Positions 1-10,004 of a DNA stretch of 32,372 bases are shown piece by piece. Both the position numbers and the translations under genes were made by a program. Numbering within the stretch: position 1 is the stretch's first letter; each line of letters starts with the position of its first letter. This DNA comes from Octopus bimaculoides (Eukaryota): the NCBI RefSeq assembly GCF_001194135.2, contig NC_068995.1, positions 11,089,374 to 11,121,745 on the forward strand, given 5' to 3'. A model generated the notes under the pieces. It worked only from the letters and a program-made list of their open reading frames with translations, was not told the DNA's origin and did no database searches.

Positions 1-526
1 ATATATATATATATATATACGTGGTCTCTGCTTCTGTCTCGCTCATATATGCCTATATATGCTAAATTTAATTACATGTGTGTGAGAGCGTCTACGTATT
101 AACTACAAATCGGTCCATTCCAACAAGAACGCATTATTCCGCTCGAGATGTACAGCCATTCTCCTCTAATTCTAGCAGTCTTATAAACAGTGTACCACTT
201 ATAACACTGCTGGAAACTTATAAGCAACGACATTATTGTACACAGAACCAGTGAATATAAATATAAATAGTTTACAACTATTTGGTGCCTCTTTTAATTC
301 AGTGCTCCCCATCGTCGTCACCATCTTCATTTCTAAGATTCCACACCCTCCACCGTCTTCCCTCCTCCTCACCAAATTACAGACTGCATAATTTGCCGTC
401 TACTTGCCGTCTACTTTAACTGCCATCTTTAATTGGGACCGGAAGTGCCTTCTTGATGCACTCATATGTCATCGTTTGAAGCTCAATGGACGAACCATGT
501 GAATCAAAAATAATGACAAATATTGC

Positions 527-564
<38 letters not shown>

Positions 565-1215
565 TATATGTGTCCTTATATATAATTTTTAATCATCACT
601 TTATTTAGAAACTTCAAAACATTTATCAGTCAACTCATTTTGTTAGTCTACATTACTGCTTTCTTTCTTTTTTCTCTTACGTTCCATTTTCTCTCTCTCC
701 CCCTCTCTCTTCGTCCCTTTTCTGTCTGTTTGTCTGTCTGTCTGTCTCTATATGTTTGTGTACGTGAATATGTGAATGTATGTGCCAGTAAATCAATCGA
801 TCAATCAATCGATCGATCACTCAATCAATAAATCAATGTATCTGTCTGCCTGCGTAACTCTCTCTGTGTACGAATAAACTCATACACACATCTATGAAAT
901 ATATATATATATATATTACACAAATATATATTTAAATATATATACACATAAATACATTGCCACGTAAGTGGATCGAACCCATACCTCCACAGGAATCTAG
1001 AAACAAATAATTTAATAAGTTCATTAAATATAAATAAGTCGTTTATTTGTTATGTATTACGGTGCATCATTATTATTAATAGTCTTAAATTCAAGTTAAA
1101 TTCATTCTGTCACAGGTCACACACACACACACACGAGAAGAAATAGAGCAACATGTAACAATTAGAAGTTGATCATTAGTATTGGATGATCATAGTTTAA
1201 TTATGGTTAAGATAA

Positions 1216-1295
1216 CATTTACAGCTGTTTCAGTTTGATATTTTTGAGGTAAACTTGCGTTTATCTCATTTCATGTAACAAGCATCATCAGAAGG
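1216..1295 (-). ncRNA. Type I hammerhead ribozyme motif with intact core and extended stem II (Penelope/retrozyme-like relic)
   Basis: Minus strand reads CCUU-CUGAUGA (1291-1285)-[53 nt containing hairpin UGAGA-UAAAC-GCAA-GUUUA-CCUCA]-GAAA-C-AGCU-GUA (1231-1220)-AAUG. Core motifs exact; helix III palindromic (ACAGCUGU); stem I 3/4 paired; base of stem II imperfect. Confidence 0.65.
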
Positions 1296-1386
1296 ATTTG
1301 AAATTTACCAGAGGAATATTGAAAGGCGATGGAAGGTTGGCGGGAGTAAAAAGCAAAACGGAAAAGGCTCGTTAGGTCTTAAGGTT

Positions 1387-1452
1387 TATATTTTTGCGCC
1401 CTTAAAAGCGTCTGTATACACACGTGCCATCTTTTAAGGACGCAAAAATGTA
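1387..1452. repeat. Short inverted repeat / mini hairpin element
   Basis: TATATTTTTGCGCCCTTAAAAG (1387-1408) pairs with CTTTTAAGGACGCAAAAATGTA (1431-1452), 20/22, 22-nt spacer. Confidence 0.75.
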
Positions 1453-1496
1453 ACACAGTTTACCCTTTAAATTACCAACTACTGTTAACCGTACAG

Positions 1497-1610
1497 CAAG
1501 GTGCTTTAGGTGTTTTCGTTCAATAAGCACTCACAATGCCTGGTCTGGGAATCGAAACCGCGATCCTACGACCGCGAGTCCGCTGCCCCAACCACTGGGC
1601 TATTGAGCGT
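1497..1610 (-). mobile_element. tRNA-derived SINE family D, 5' head fragment
   Basis: Minus strand: A-box-like TAGCCCAGTGGTTAGG, B-box-like GGTTTCGATTCC, then ...GAAAACACCTAAAGC, which matches the start of the family-D body at 17491. Confidence 0.75.
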
Positions 1611-2554
1611 GTCTTTTAAATAATTTTCTGTATTTATATTTAGTGGGGAAGTGTTTATTGTGTAGGGTCAAGAAAATTTGGGCTGTATTAGATTTAACCT
1701 TTGGCCTGTCCTGCGTGTCACTTGTAATACACAGGAAACATGTCTCTAGCGTTTATGTATCATATATGATACACATTTCCAAATTGTTCAACCACCAGAG
1801 TAAGCTGGACTTATGAGAGGAAAGTTTTATGTTACTCAGAATGTATGGAATAAGGGTTAGATAAAAATCTGCAAACGAGTATGGATGCTTAGGACAAACT
1901 TATGAAAATGCTTTGGGCAGGCAAAGGGTTAACATTTTGTATGAAGATGTGCGTGAATCATAGAATTCTTTGATCCTACTTTTTCTTAGTTTGAGGAAGA
2001 CGTAAGACCAAGGGTCGAGGAAGATTTTCCAATAAATTCCTTAACTTATAAGACATTATTGTAGGAAGAGACTATCACATCTAAGATTGCCTTGCTTGAG
2101 AACCAACTGAGAATCTTTCTAATAATATCAGCAATAGTTTTTTCTAGAACTCTGTGTGGGTTGGCATGAATCTACGTTCATAATATAAGTGAATTTTTAA
2201 GTAGGTCCATTAAATGGTTTCATGCAAGTTAGCGCTCAGGTTTAAGGTAACATTACGGAAGTTAACTGTAGATAAATTTGTAGTTATTGCTTATAATAGG
2301 CCGGAAGTAATGAATACTTGGATAATGTCCTTCATTAATGTGTGTGTTCGTTTGCTTTTTTGAAATTTATTGGAGTAAATTTCTTAGTACATTTAGTATA
2401 TTTAGAATGCAAAAGAAATTATATAATATCGCGTTTTTGTACGACCCAGTCTCTGAGTAAAAGAAGAGAATGGATCGGTTTCCTTGACCCAGGCAGAATC
2501 TTTGCCGCTTACATACACGCTCATATATATGCATGCAAACATATACACATATTT

Positions 2555-2941
2555 TTTCATTTACTTATTTTAATCATTTGACTGCGGCAGTGCTGGGGCA
2601 AGGCCTTGAAGGGTTTTAGTTGAACAAATCGATCCTAGGACTTACTTTCTTTTGAGCTTAGTACCTATTCTAGAGGTTTCTTTTGCCGAACCACTAAGTT
2701 ACGGGGACGTAAGCACATCATCACCGGTTGTTAAGCGGTGGCGGGGGAGAAACACAGACACAGTGACATACACACTCTCACACACACATATACGACAGAC
2801 TTCTTTCAGTTTCCGTCTACCAAATTCACTCGGCCCGAGGCTATAGTAGAAGATACTTGCTCAAGGTGCCATGCAGTGGGACTGAACCTGGAACCATATG
2901 GTTAGGAAGCAAGCTTCTTACCACACAACCACGCCTGCGCC
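2555..2941 (-). mobile_element. tRNA-derived SINE family B, near full length
   Basis: Reverse complement of the well-preserved copy at 18721-19112: head GGCGCAGGCGTGGTTGTGTGG...GGTTCAGTCCCACTGC, central CA/TA tract, tail CCCCAGCACTGCCGCAGTCAAATGA. Confidence 0.9.
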
Positions 2942-2944
2942 TAT

Positions 2945-2964
2945 ACACACATGAACACACACAC

Positions 2965-3012
<48 letters not shown>

Positions 3013-3060
3013 GTCTGTCTGTCTGTCTGTCTATCTGTCTGTCTGTCTGTCTGTCTATGT
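2945..3060. repeat. Compound (TCTA)n(TCTG)n microsatellite
   Basis: Directly visible; similar tracts at 7775-7820, 26517-26560 and 32020-32112. Confidence 0.95.
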
Positions 3061-3930
3061 ATTTATATGTGTATGCGTGTATTTACATATGGTGCAATGT
3101 TAGTAACGCAGATATAAGACATAACCACACGCATATATTCGCACAGACACGTACGCGTATATTGACATACGTACGTACACAAGCATATACGCTCACATAG
3201 ATATACCTATATAAACATATCTCTACATCCCTTATATCCATACCAATATCACACTCATAAGGATAACATATTTTAAAATGATTTTTCACGCTTTTGTTCG
3301 AAAGAGCTGCAACTCATTGCTTACGAAAATGTATATAGAAAATGTATATACGAAATGTATATAGAAGGGTTCGTAGAAATATGCAATGTAAGGGAAAAGT
3401 TTACATAGGAGTCTTACACAATATAAAGGTCAATGTCTTTTGAGAGTTTTAAGCGTAAATAATAATGGCTATTGTTGGTGTTATTAATGCCAAAACATCA
3501 TAGAGTTATGAGATCCGAGAATCATTTGTTGTGAAGGACAAAAGAATCTTGTAATTCTATCGATAACGGAACATTGTTGGAAATCTTAGACTACCAACTT
3601 TTGAATTCTGACAACTGTTTGTGACAGATACACGATTCTTGAACGCGCAATTGAGACATTTTCATTCCGGTTACGATCCTCTTAGACTTTCAATGATTAT
3701 AACGTTCGAATGAAGGTCTTGTTTCATTTCAACACCTTCTCCTTATTTCAGTAATCCTTCAGTTTTAAGCATTGGTATTTTTAGTTAAACATATTTTGTG
3801 GTTTAGGAAATAAATATGAAGTGTTAAATTCTAGCAGCTGTTTCTACTCAGAGACTTTTTCTTGAATCAAAACCAAGGCATTTCCATTCCATATTAGGGC
3901 CGTCAATATTTCAGAATTTTAACGCTGTTT

Positions 3931-4140
3931 AAGGCGCCGAGGTGGCAGAATCGTTAGCACGCCAGACAAAATGCTTAGCGGTATTTCGCCTGTCTTTACG
4001 TTCTGAGTTCAAGTTCCGCCGAGGTCGACATTGTCTTTTCTCCTTTCGAGGTCAATAAAATAAATACCAGTTGATAATGGGGTCGATATAATCGACTTAC
4101 ACCCTTTTTCAAAACTGCTGGCGTTGTGCTAAAATTTCAA
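3931..4140 (+). mobile_element. tRNA-derived SINE family A
   Basis: AAGGCGCCGAGGTGGCAGAATCGTTAGCACGCC...GAGTTCAAGTTCCGCCGAGGTCGAC...GGGGTCGAT...GTGCTAAAATTT; same layout as the copies at 14015-15305 and 23125. Confidence 0.9.
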
Positions 4141-4216
4141 CACTGTACTAGTCTCAGAGGATCTTCGGGAGAGTGTTCGGGACAGCACTTCCTTCTAAAA
4201 CTCAAATACACACACA

Positions 4217-4384
4217 NNNNNNNNNNNNNNNNNNNNNNNNNNNNNNNNNNNNNNNNNNNNNNNNNNNNNNNNNNNNNNNNNNNNNNNNNNNNNNNNNNNN
4301 NNNNNNNNNNNNNNNNNNNNNNNNNNNNNNNNNNNNNNNNNNNNNNNNNNNNNNNNNNNNNNNNNNNNNNNNNNNNNNNNNNNN
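4217..4384. other. Assembly gap (first of 11 N-runs; others at 9578-9600, 10374-10383, 11003-11131, 11592-11737, 16630-17490, 19896-19994, 21331-22227, 27837-27896, 29152-29161, 31144-31778)
   Basis: N characters; most runs are bordered by (TA)n or (CA)n. Confidence 0.98.
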
Positions 4385-4526
4385 AGTTCTTTTACAGGGC
4401 TTAGTAAAACTGAAGAACTGCTGCGATATGTGAATCTGAGAAAGGAATATGTTGAATAAAATCATAATTGACTGATCCTCCTTTATTTTCTTTTACTCAA
4501 AGCCAGAGACTTTTTAGCAACTTTTC

Positions 4527-4582
<56 letters not shown>

Positions 4583-4985
4583 TCTTATCTTTTCACTCGT
4601 TTCAGTCATTTGACTGCGGCCATGCTGGGGCATCGCCTTGAAGGATTTTTAGTTGAATGAATCGACCACAGTATTCATTTATTTTTTGAAGCGTAGTTCT
4701 TATTCTATCGGTCCATTTCGCCGAACCGCTAGATTATTGGGCGGTAAACACACCATCACCGGTTGTCAAGTGGTGGGGGTGGGAGACGAACACGAATACA
4801 AAGACACACTCGCATAGATATATACGACACGCTTCTTTCAGTTTCCGTCTACCAATTCCACTCACAAGGCTATAGTCGGTCCGAGGCTTAGTAGAAGAGA
4901 CTTGCCCAAGGTACCACTCTCTGGGACTGAACCGAAGACCCTGTGATTGCGAAGCATATATCTTACCACACAGCCACGGCTGCGC
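4583..4985 (-). mobile_element. tRNA-derived SINE family B, near full length
   Basis: TTTCAGTCATTTGACTGCGGCCATGCTGGGG...CCACACAGCCACGGCTGCGC is the reverse complement of family B. Confidence 0.9.
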
Positions 4986-5084
4986 TTATATGTGTGTGTG
5001 TGTGTGTCTTTTGTTGAACATATTTAGCTTCTCAAGAATCTATTTGATATTTCTTGGTTGACAGAGTGATCGTATTTTGTTTAA

Positions 5085-5142
5085 CCCCTGGTCAGCTCCG
5101 ATTTAACCCTATGATCAAAAATATTTCAGCCGTAACCATCTT
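5085..5142 (+). repeat. Short dispersed repeat; second copy in opposite orientation at ~9925-9985
   Basis: CCTATGATCAAAAATATTTCAGCCGTAA versus reverse complement CCCATGATCAAAAGTGTACCGGCCGTAA. Confidence 0.5.
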
Positions 5143-5461
5143 TTGTTTCAGTTATAGCGTAATATCAAATGTGTTCATCATTCTCTCAAGCCTCTAGGGG
5201 GTAATTCGAGATAGGTTTGGCTGCTATTTCTAGCAGACCGAGCAACAGCCGAAAGAGTTGACTCCTCACTGGCATAGAAATTATAAAGTATTTTTATCTG
5301 AAAGAAATCCACTTCCGTTTTGATATGGAAATAATACTGGCGTCTTTGTAAAACTTTCACAGTTCTGCTTTTCTTTTCATTGCCCATTCCAAGATGTCAT
5401 GTAAAACGAATATGAAATAGTAGAATTGTGTTCGATTATACTTTGACATGTATTTTCTTAA

Positions 5462-5640
5462 TGCCAGAATCGTTTGCACCTCAGACAAAATACATAACGG
5501 CATTTTGTCCGTCTTGAGTTCTGCTTTCAAATTCGGCCGAGGTCGATGAAATGAGTACCAGTTGAACGCTGTGGTCGTTGTGATCGACTTGCTCCTTCCC
5601 CCGAACTTGCTGGCGTTGTGCTAAAATTTGAAATTAATAC
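5462..5640 (+). mobile_element. SINE family A with internal deletion
   Basis: GCCAGAATCGTTTGCAC...CGGCCGAGGTCGATGAAATGAGTACCAG; the segment between the two GGTCGA motifs is missing. Confidence 0.85.
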
Positions 5641-5929
5641 GAAGTAATTGCCAGCTCGCCACCAGTCCGCCGCCAGCCCGCCTCCAGTCGACCTCCAACT
5701 CCACTTCATATTGCGAATTCTGCTCTTTTTCTCAGTTTCATCTTTCAGTTGACGAATACATACAATTCGATATTCATCTAAAATAAATGACAGTATCAAT
5801 AAAGATCTAAGTTTGTGTAGTACTTAAATTTCTCAACATAATACGGAAATCTAAGCTTTCAGAAGATCTGAGATATAACATCGTCCGCATTCTGAGTGAA
5901 TAAGCGTTCAGTTATTTGTAGCTGGATAC

Positions 5930-6330
5930 TTGACAGAATACTTGAGTCTCCACTCGACAACACCTATTTTTTAGTGTTTACATATGTTCCGTACGTGTTT
6001 CAATGACGGAAACATAATGTCGAACCGGTGTATTGGTAGGAAAGATAATTGTGACCAATTTTTCAAGCTGAAATATTTTAGTAGTGAATAAATATTTAAG
6101 GAAGGATTGCTCAAGTATTGAAAATGTAAAGCAGGATCTAGTGACATCTGTATTTGCATACTTCGTCCGGTGCGCTGTGTGCTGGAAAGGATACTCCACA
6201 ATACAATAGATTGTACAAGAGGCTTCCAAAAGTATCAGACACCATCAGAGAAAGAAGAATTCGCTTCGCTGGACCCTGCTGAAGGAGTACGAAGGAACTG
6301 GTTTGTGGTGACCCACTTTGTTCGTCCCGT
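5930..6330 (+). mobile_element. Fossil RTE-clade LINE ORF fragment (C-terminal, post-RT region)
   Basis: Frameshifted translation ...CILRPVR/CVCWKGYST / LYKRLPKVSDTIRERRIRFAGPC*RSTKELV resembles the RTE C-terminal block (..RMLR..L..SW..H.T...LY..LP..S..IR.RR.RFAGHC.R). Homologous to 17815-18157. Confidence 0.7.
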
Positions 6331-6827
6331 GCATCTTGACATGGTCCAAAGCGGTCCTAATCGCTTTAGTCTCCCTCTTATGTTCCTGCCTTAAGGCTTT
6401 CACTTTATACACGCCAGCTCAATTTGATTCGTTCTCAGTCGGAAAACACCTGTTGTTATATTCTTATTGTTTGAGTTTGTAATTGTGTCCCATGTTACCG
6501 GTTTTTTTTTTGTCTTTGTTGCTGTACACATTCGCTAGCTTTCTTACTAAGAGGTCTAATACTCTTAGCTTAGAATTTTTGGGGGGCAATCATATCGAAC
6601 AGTTTCAAGTGTAACTGTCCGAAACTGTAAGGACATCTGGTAACTTGACTGAAGAAAGACGACTACGAATGACCCGTCCTTTTTTTCTTGTCCATCTAAT
6701 TATTGTTTTTCCTGTCCGCCTTCGTATCGTCTATCTGTCCGAATGTTTTATTGTCCTCTATTGCGTTTTTGTCCCAGTTTTTATATCTATATACACATAT
6801 AGCGGCGTACGTACAAACTTGTGCTCA

Positions 6828-6865
<38 letters not shown>

Positions 6866-6966
6866 CAAACTACAAGGAATGTTGTGTAGCTCTGCATCAG
6901 CAAGACTTGAAAAAATGTAGAAAAAAGTGAAAGGGGTACAGCGAAATTGCTGTGAGGAGTGTAATA

Positions 6967-6999
6967 TCCAAGGTTTCGGATGTAATCATTCGTCAGTGG
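6967..6999 (-). ncRNA. Minimal type I hammerhead motif (left arm), degenerate
   Basis: Minus: CCA-CUGACGA (6996-6990)-A-UGA-UUACA-UCC-GAAA (6977-6974)-C-CUU-GGA. Core intact; stem II and helix III each carry one substitution. Confidence 0.7.
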
Positions 7000-7122
7000 G
7001 GTAGAGAAAAAGAGAAGATGAAGAAAGGCAAACAGAGTTTACATCTCAACTTGAGTTGCAACAAGTTTTTCAGGCTGAAAGGATGTAAACTCTATCTTTC
7101 TTCAACTTATCTTTTTCTCTAC

Positions 7123-7155
7123 TCCCTGACAAAGGATTACGTCCGAAACGTTAGC
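7123..7155 (+). ncRNA. Minimal type I hammerhead motif (right arm), degenerate
   Basis: UCC-CUGACAA (7126-7132; G8>A)-A-GGA-UUACG-UCC-GAAA (7145-7148)-C-GUU-AGC. Perfect 3-bp stem II and palindromic AACGUU helix III. Confidence 0.7.
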
Positions 7156-7382
7156 TATTCCACTCCTCACGGCAAGTCTACTGTACCCCTTTCACTTTAC
7201 ACACACACACACACAGACATACACACATATGCACAAACAAGAAGAAAATATATGATAAATTTAATGTAGTCCATTAATAATCTCATAGAAAGTAAACACG
7301 CTTAAACAGTTTCTGTGGCCCTCCCTGTACTTAGAAAATTTAAAGGGAAAGATTATAAAATGAGGTTAACTACATCATACAT

Positions 7383-7385
7383 ATT

Positions 7386-7441
<56 letters not shown>

Positions 7442-7522
7442 CATATATATACATATATATACATATATATATACACACATATATATATACACACATATAT
7501 ATATATACATATACATATATAT
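7383..7522. repeat. (TG)n/(TA)n/(CATATA)n microsatellite
   Basis: Directly visible; similar tracts throughout (e.g. 529-560, 4529-4580, 7919-7964, 10955-11185, 19570-20065, 22228-22305, 31100-31143, 32238-32290). Confidence 0.95.
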
Positions 7523-7773
7523 AATAATAGTAATCTATATATATGCGTGTGCGTGAGTGTGTGTTTTCATGGCAGTGATAGGTTCAAAAGAACATTGTAA
7601 GAATTCAAGAATGTGAAGCCCAAAGCAAAATGTCTCAGAAACAAGATTTATAGTCCATGAACGCATATCCTACACACACTCACACACAAACACACACACA
7701 CATGCTCACACATATACTCGTATATGCGAATGTGTATATAAATGTATGCACGTACGTATTATATATATGTATG

Positions 7774-7818
<45 letters not shown>

Positions 7819-7916
7819 TTCTCTGTCTGAATGTCTATCTTTCTTTTCGTCCCATTCTTTGTCTATGTGTGTATGTATGTATGTATGTATCTGTCTGTCT
7901 GTCTTTCTATTTTTCT

Positions 7917-7964
<48 letters not shown>

Positions 7965-7966
<2 letters not shown>

Positions 7967-8184
7967 TCGTCTAAAAGATGAACATGTTGATACTGAACTA
8001 CAAAATAGAACATCGAAGGCTAGTACAGTATTATGACTACTTCGTCCATTACTATGAAACAAGGATTTAGGTTTACCAAAATCATGTGCAGTGCCGAATC
8101 AGACACAAGTATCAGGTGAAGAAACTTCCTGTTTCCATGACGACACACCTGCGTTCATCCACGTACGCCTGTTTGAAGAGTAAA
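7965..8184 (+). mobile_element. Fossil RTE-clade LINE ORF fragment (immediately after the RT core)
   Basis: Translation DEHVDTELQNRTSKASTVL*LLRPLL*NKDLGL / TKIM / GEET / AFIHVRL resembles RTE D..ID.EI..RI.KAS..F..LR..VW....I.L.TKI...G.ETW...FH.RCL. Confidence 0.6.
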
Positions 8185-8194
8185 AACATGGACT

Positions 8195-8418
8195 GTCTCA
8201 AACCTTCCGGCTCTTGGTTTCCATGGTTTTTAAGTGACCGAAGTCACAACCGAGATCGCCGCACGGTCACTCGTTTGAAACTGGGTGGACGTACACTGGA
8301 GCAATGTAGAATGGAGTGGTTTGCTCAAGAGCACAACATACTGTCGTATCCGGGAGTCGAAACCACGATCTAGCAATCGCGTGTGAAACACCCCAAACTA
8401 CTAGGCCACGCGCCTTCA
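8195..8418 (-). mobile_element. tRNA-derived SINE family C (CORE-like central domain)
   Basis: Minus: GGCGCGTGGCCTAGTAG...GTGGTTTCGACTCCCGG...TGTTGTGCTCTTGAGCAAACCAC...TTGCTCCAGT; head and core shared with 20520-20773 and 26575-26832. Confidence 0.8.
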
Positions 8419-8917
8419 CTTTTGTGTCAAGACATGGATCTTAACTAAGATATTAATGTGAGCAGGGTCGACAAGAGTGGATTGGGGATTATCTCTTAAG
8501 AAAGAAATACAATGAAATAAATGAAATAAATAACACTCTACGCTTGATGGGTGTTAACCATCATTTATCTGAAAGATTGTCCAATTAGTCCATGTACACG
8601 AAACTAGCTGAAGGGTATGGGTATCAAAAACAAGCGACTTCACTTATGTTAGAAGAAAATCGTAAAAATGTCTAACCGTCCCCCACCCTCACCTTCTTCC
8701 TCGTAAATGAGTCAATAAAATAAAATAAAATAAAATACAACAACAGTAAAATGTATAAACATATAGTTTGTGTCATGGACGGACGGACATAGTCGAGACA
8801 GAGGATGACGGTTAAATAGCTATAAAAGCAGTCTCTGGTTGATTGATGACAGCTAAAAACACGGAGAGACACACCGACAAACACACAGACCTACAGGGTA
8901 TTATATACATATATGTA

Positions 8918-9138
8918 CACAAGGCGGGTGCTGAAAAGTTCCTGGCTTTCCGTAACAGAAAATACAGGAAGATCAGTTCATTATGATTTGATTCAACATA
9001 TTCCCTTCTCAGATTCACACACCTATTGCAGCGGTCCTTCAGCTTTTTTAAGCCCTATAAAAGAATTCGGAAGGTTGGGCCTCCAACCAGGCCTTTCGCA
9101 ATACCATTAAAGACAGGAACTTTTCAGCACCCCTCGTA
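8918..9138. mobile_element. Mariner/Tc1-type MITE, copy 1
   Basis: TIRs GGGTGCTGAAAAGTTCCTGGCTTT / AAAGACAGGAACTTTTCAGCACCC, right end CCCCTCG-TA; no ORF. Confidence 0.85.
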
Positions 9139-9156
9139 CATATATATGTATACATA

Positions 9157-9379
9157 TACAGTGGGGTGCTAACAATTCCTGGCTTTGGGTATAAGAAAAT
9201 ACCGGAGGATCAGTTCATTTTGATTTTATTAAACATTTTCCCCGCTCAGATTCACACACTTATTGCAGCGGTCCTTCAGTTTTTCTAAGTTCCGTAAAAG
9301 AACTCAGAAGGTTGGGCCTCCAACCAGGCCGCCTTTCACGATACCCTTAAAGCCAGGAACTTTTCAGCCCTCACTCGTA
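9157..9379. mobile_element. Mariner/Tc1-type MITE, copy 2
   Basis: TA-CAGTGGGGTGCTAACAATTCCTGGCTTT ... AAAGCCAGGAACTTTTCAGCCCTCACTCG-TA; internal sequence colinear with copy 1. Confidence 0.85.
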
Positions 9380-9714
9380 CAGTATGATATATATATATAT
9401 ATATATACAATTAAAAAGGTAAAGGTTTATCAATTTATTAATTTATTAATAAATCAACAATTAATAATTTTTACCAAGCCCTTCGGTATGTAAACACCAT
9501 TATCGGTGGAGAACTTATTTAAAAGTTCTTATACATTTATAAACATAATTAAGGGATCAGCAAACATTTGCTTCACCNNNNNNNNNNNNNNNNNNNNNNN
9601 ATATATATATATATATATATACATACATATATGTATATATATATATATACCATCAGGTACTTGCCGAATTATTATCATATAATATAGACAAACACAGACA
9701 AGCAGGAAGTGTAT

Positions 9715-9865
9715 AACTAACCCCAGTTCAAGACTGACGCTTCATTTATTAAGTACGACAGGAAAGGGTGAACAGCAAATTTGACTTCGGTATGATTTGA
9801 ACTTAGAGCCGGAACGACTACTGGAAGACAATCTATCAAACACTCAAGCGACTAGGCCAATTCAC
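9715..9865 (-). mobile_element. Degenerate SINE family A
   Basis: CCCCAGT...GGGTGAACAGCAAATTTGACTTCGGTATGATTTGAACT resembles the reverse complement of family A. Confidence 0.55.
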
Positions 9866-10004
9866 TGCATTTTTAAAAAACATCGTACATTATCCTGGAT
9901 ACATTATGGTTAAAAATTCGGCAGGGTTCTTACGGCCGGTACACTTTTGATCATGGGTTTGTTCGATCAGTACTTGCCTTGGGCTAAACAACTACAGCAT
10001 ATTG

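Larger units (their letters stand above)
6924..7198. repeat. Long inverted repeat (122/117-bp arms, 36-bp spacer), each arm carrying a hammerhead motif
   Basis: Arms 6924-7045 and 7082-7198 align by hand at 101/122 columns. Confidence 0.92.

Noticed and set aside
1750-2340. Possible CR1/L2 RT remnant on minus (FRPI, RVLEKTIA, PKAF-like words)
   Set aside because: Motifs fall in different frames with inconsistent spacing; cannot be distinguished from chance by eye. A frameshift-aware search would decide.
3380-3800. Possible endonuclease remnant
   Set aside because: Only vague fragments (NSKVG); no ordered motif series.
8560-8618. Hammerhead-like CUGAAAGA...GAAACUAGCU
   Set aside because: Core spacing is wrong, no stem II or stem I, no UH triplet.
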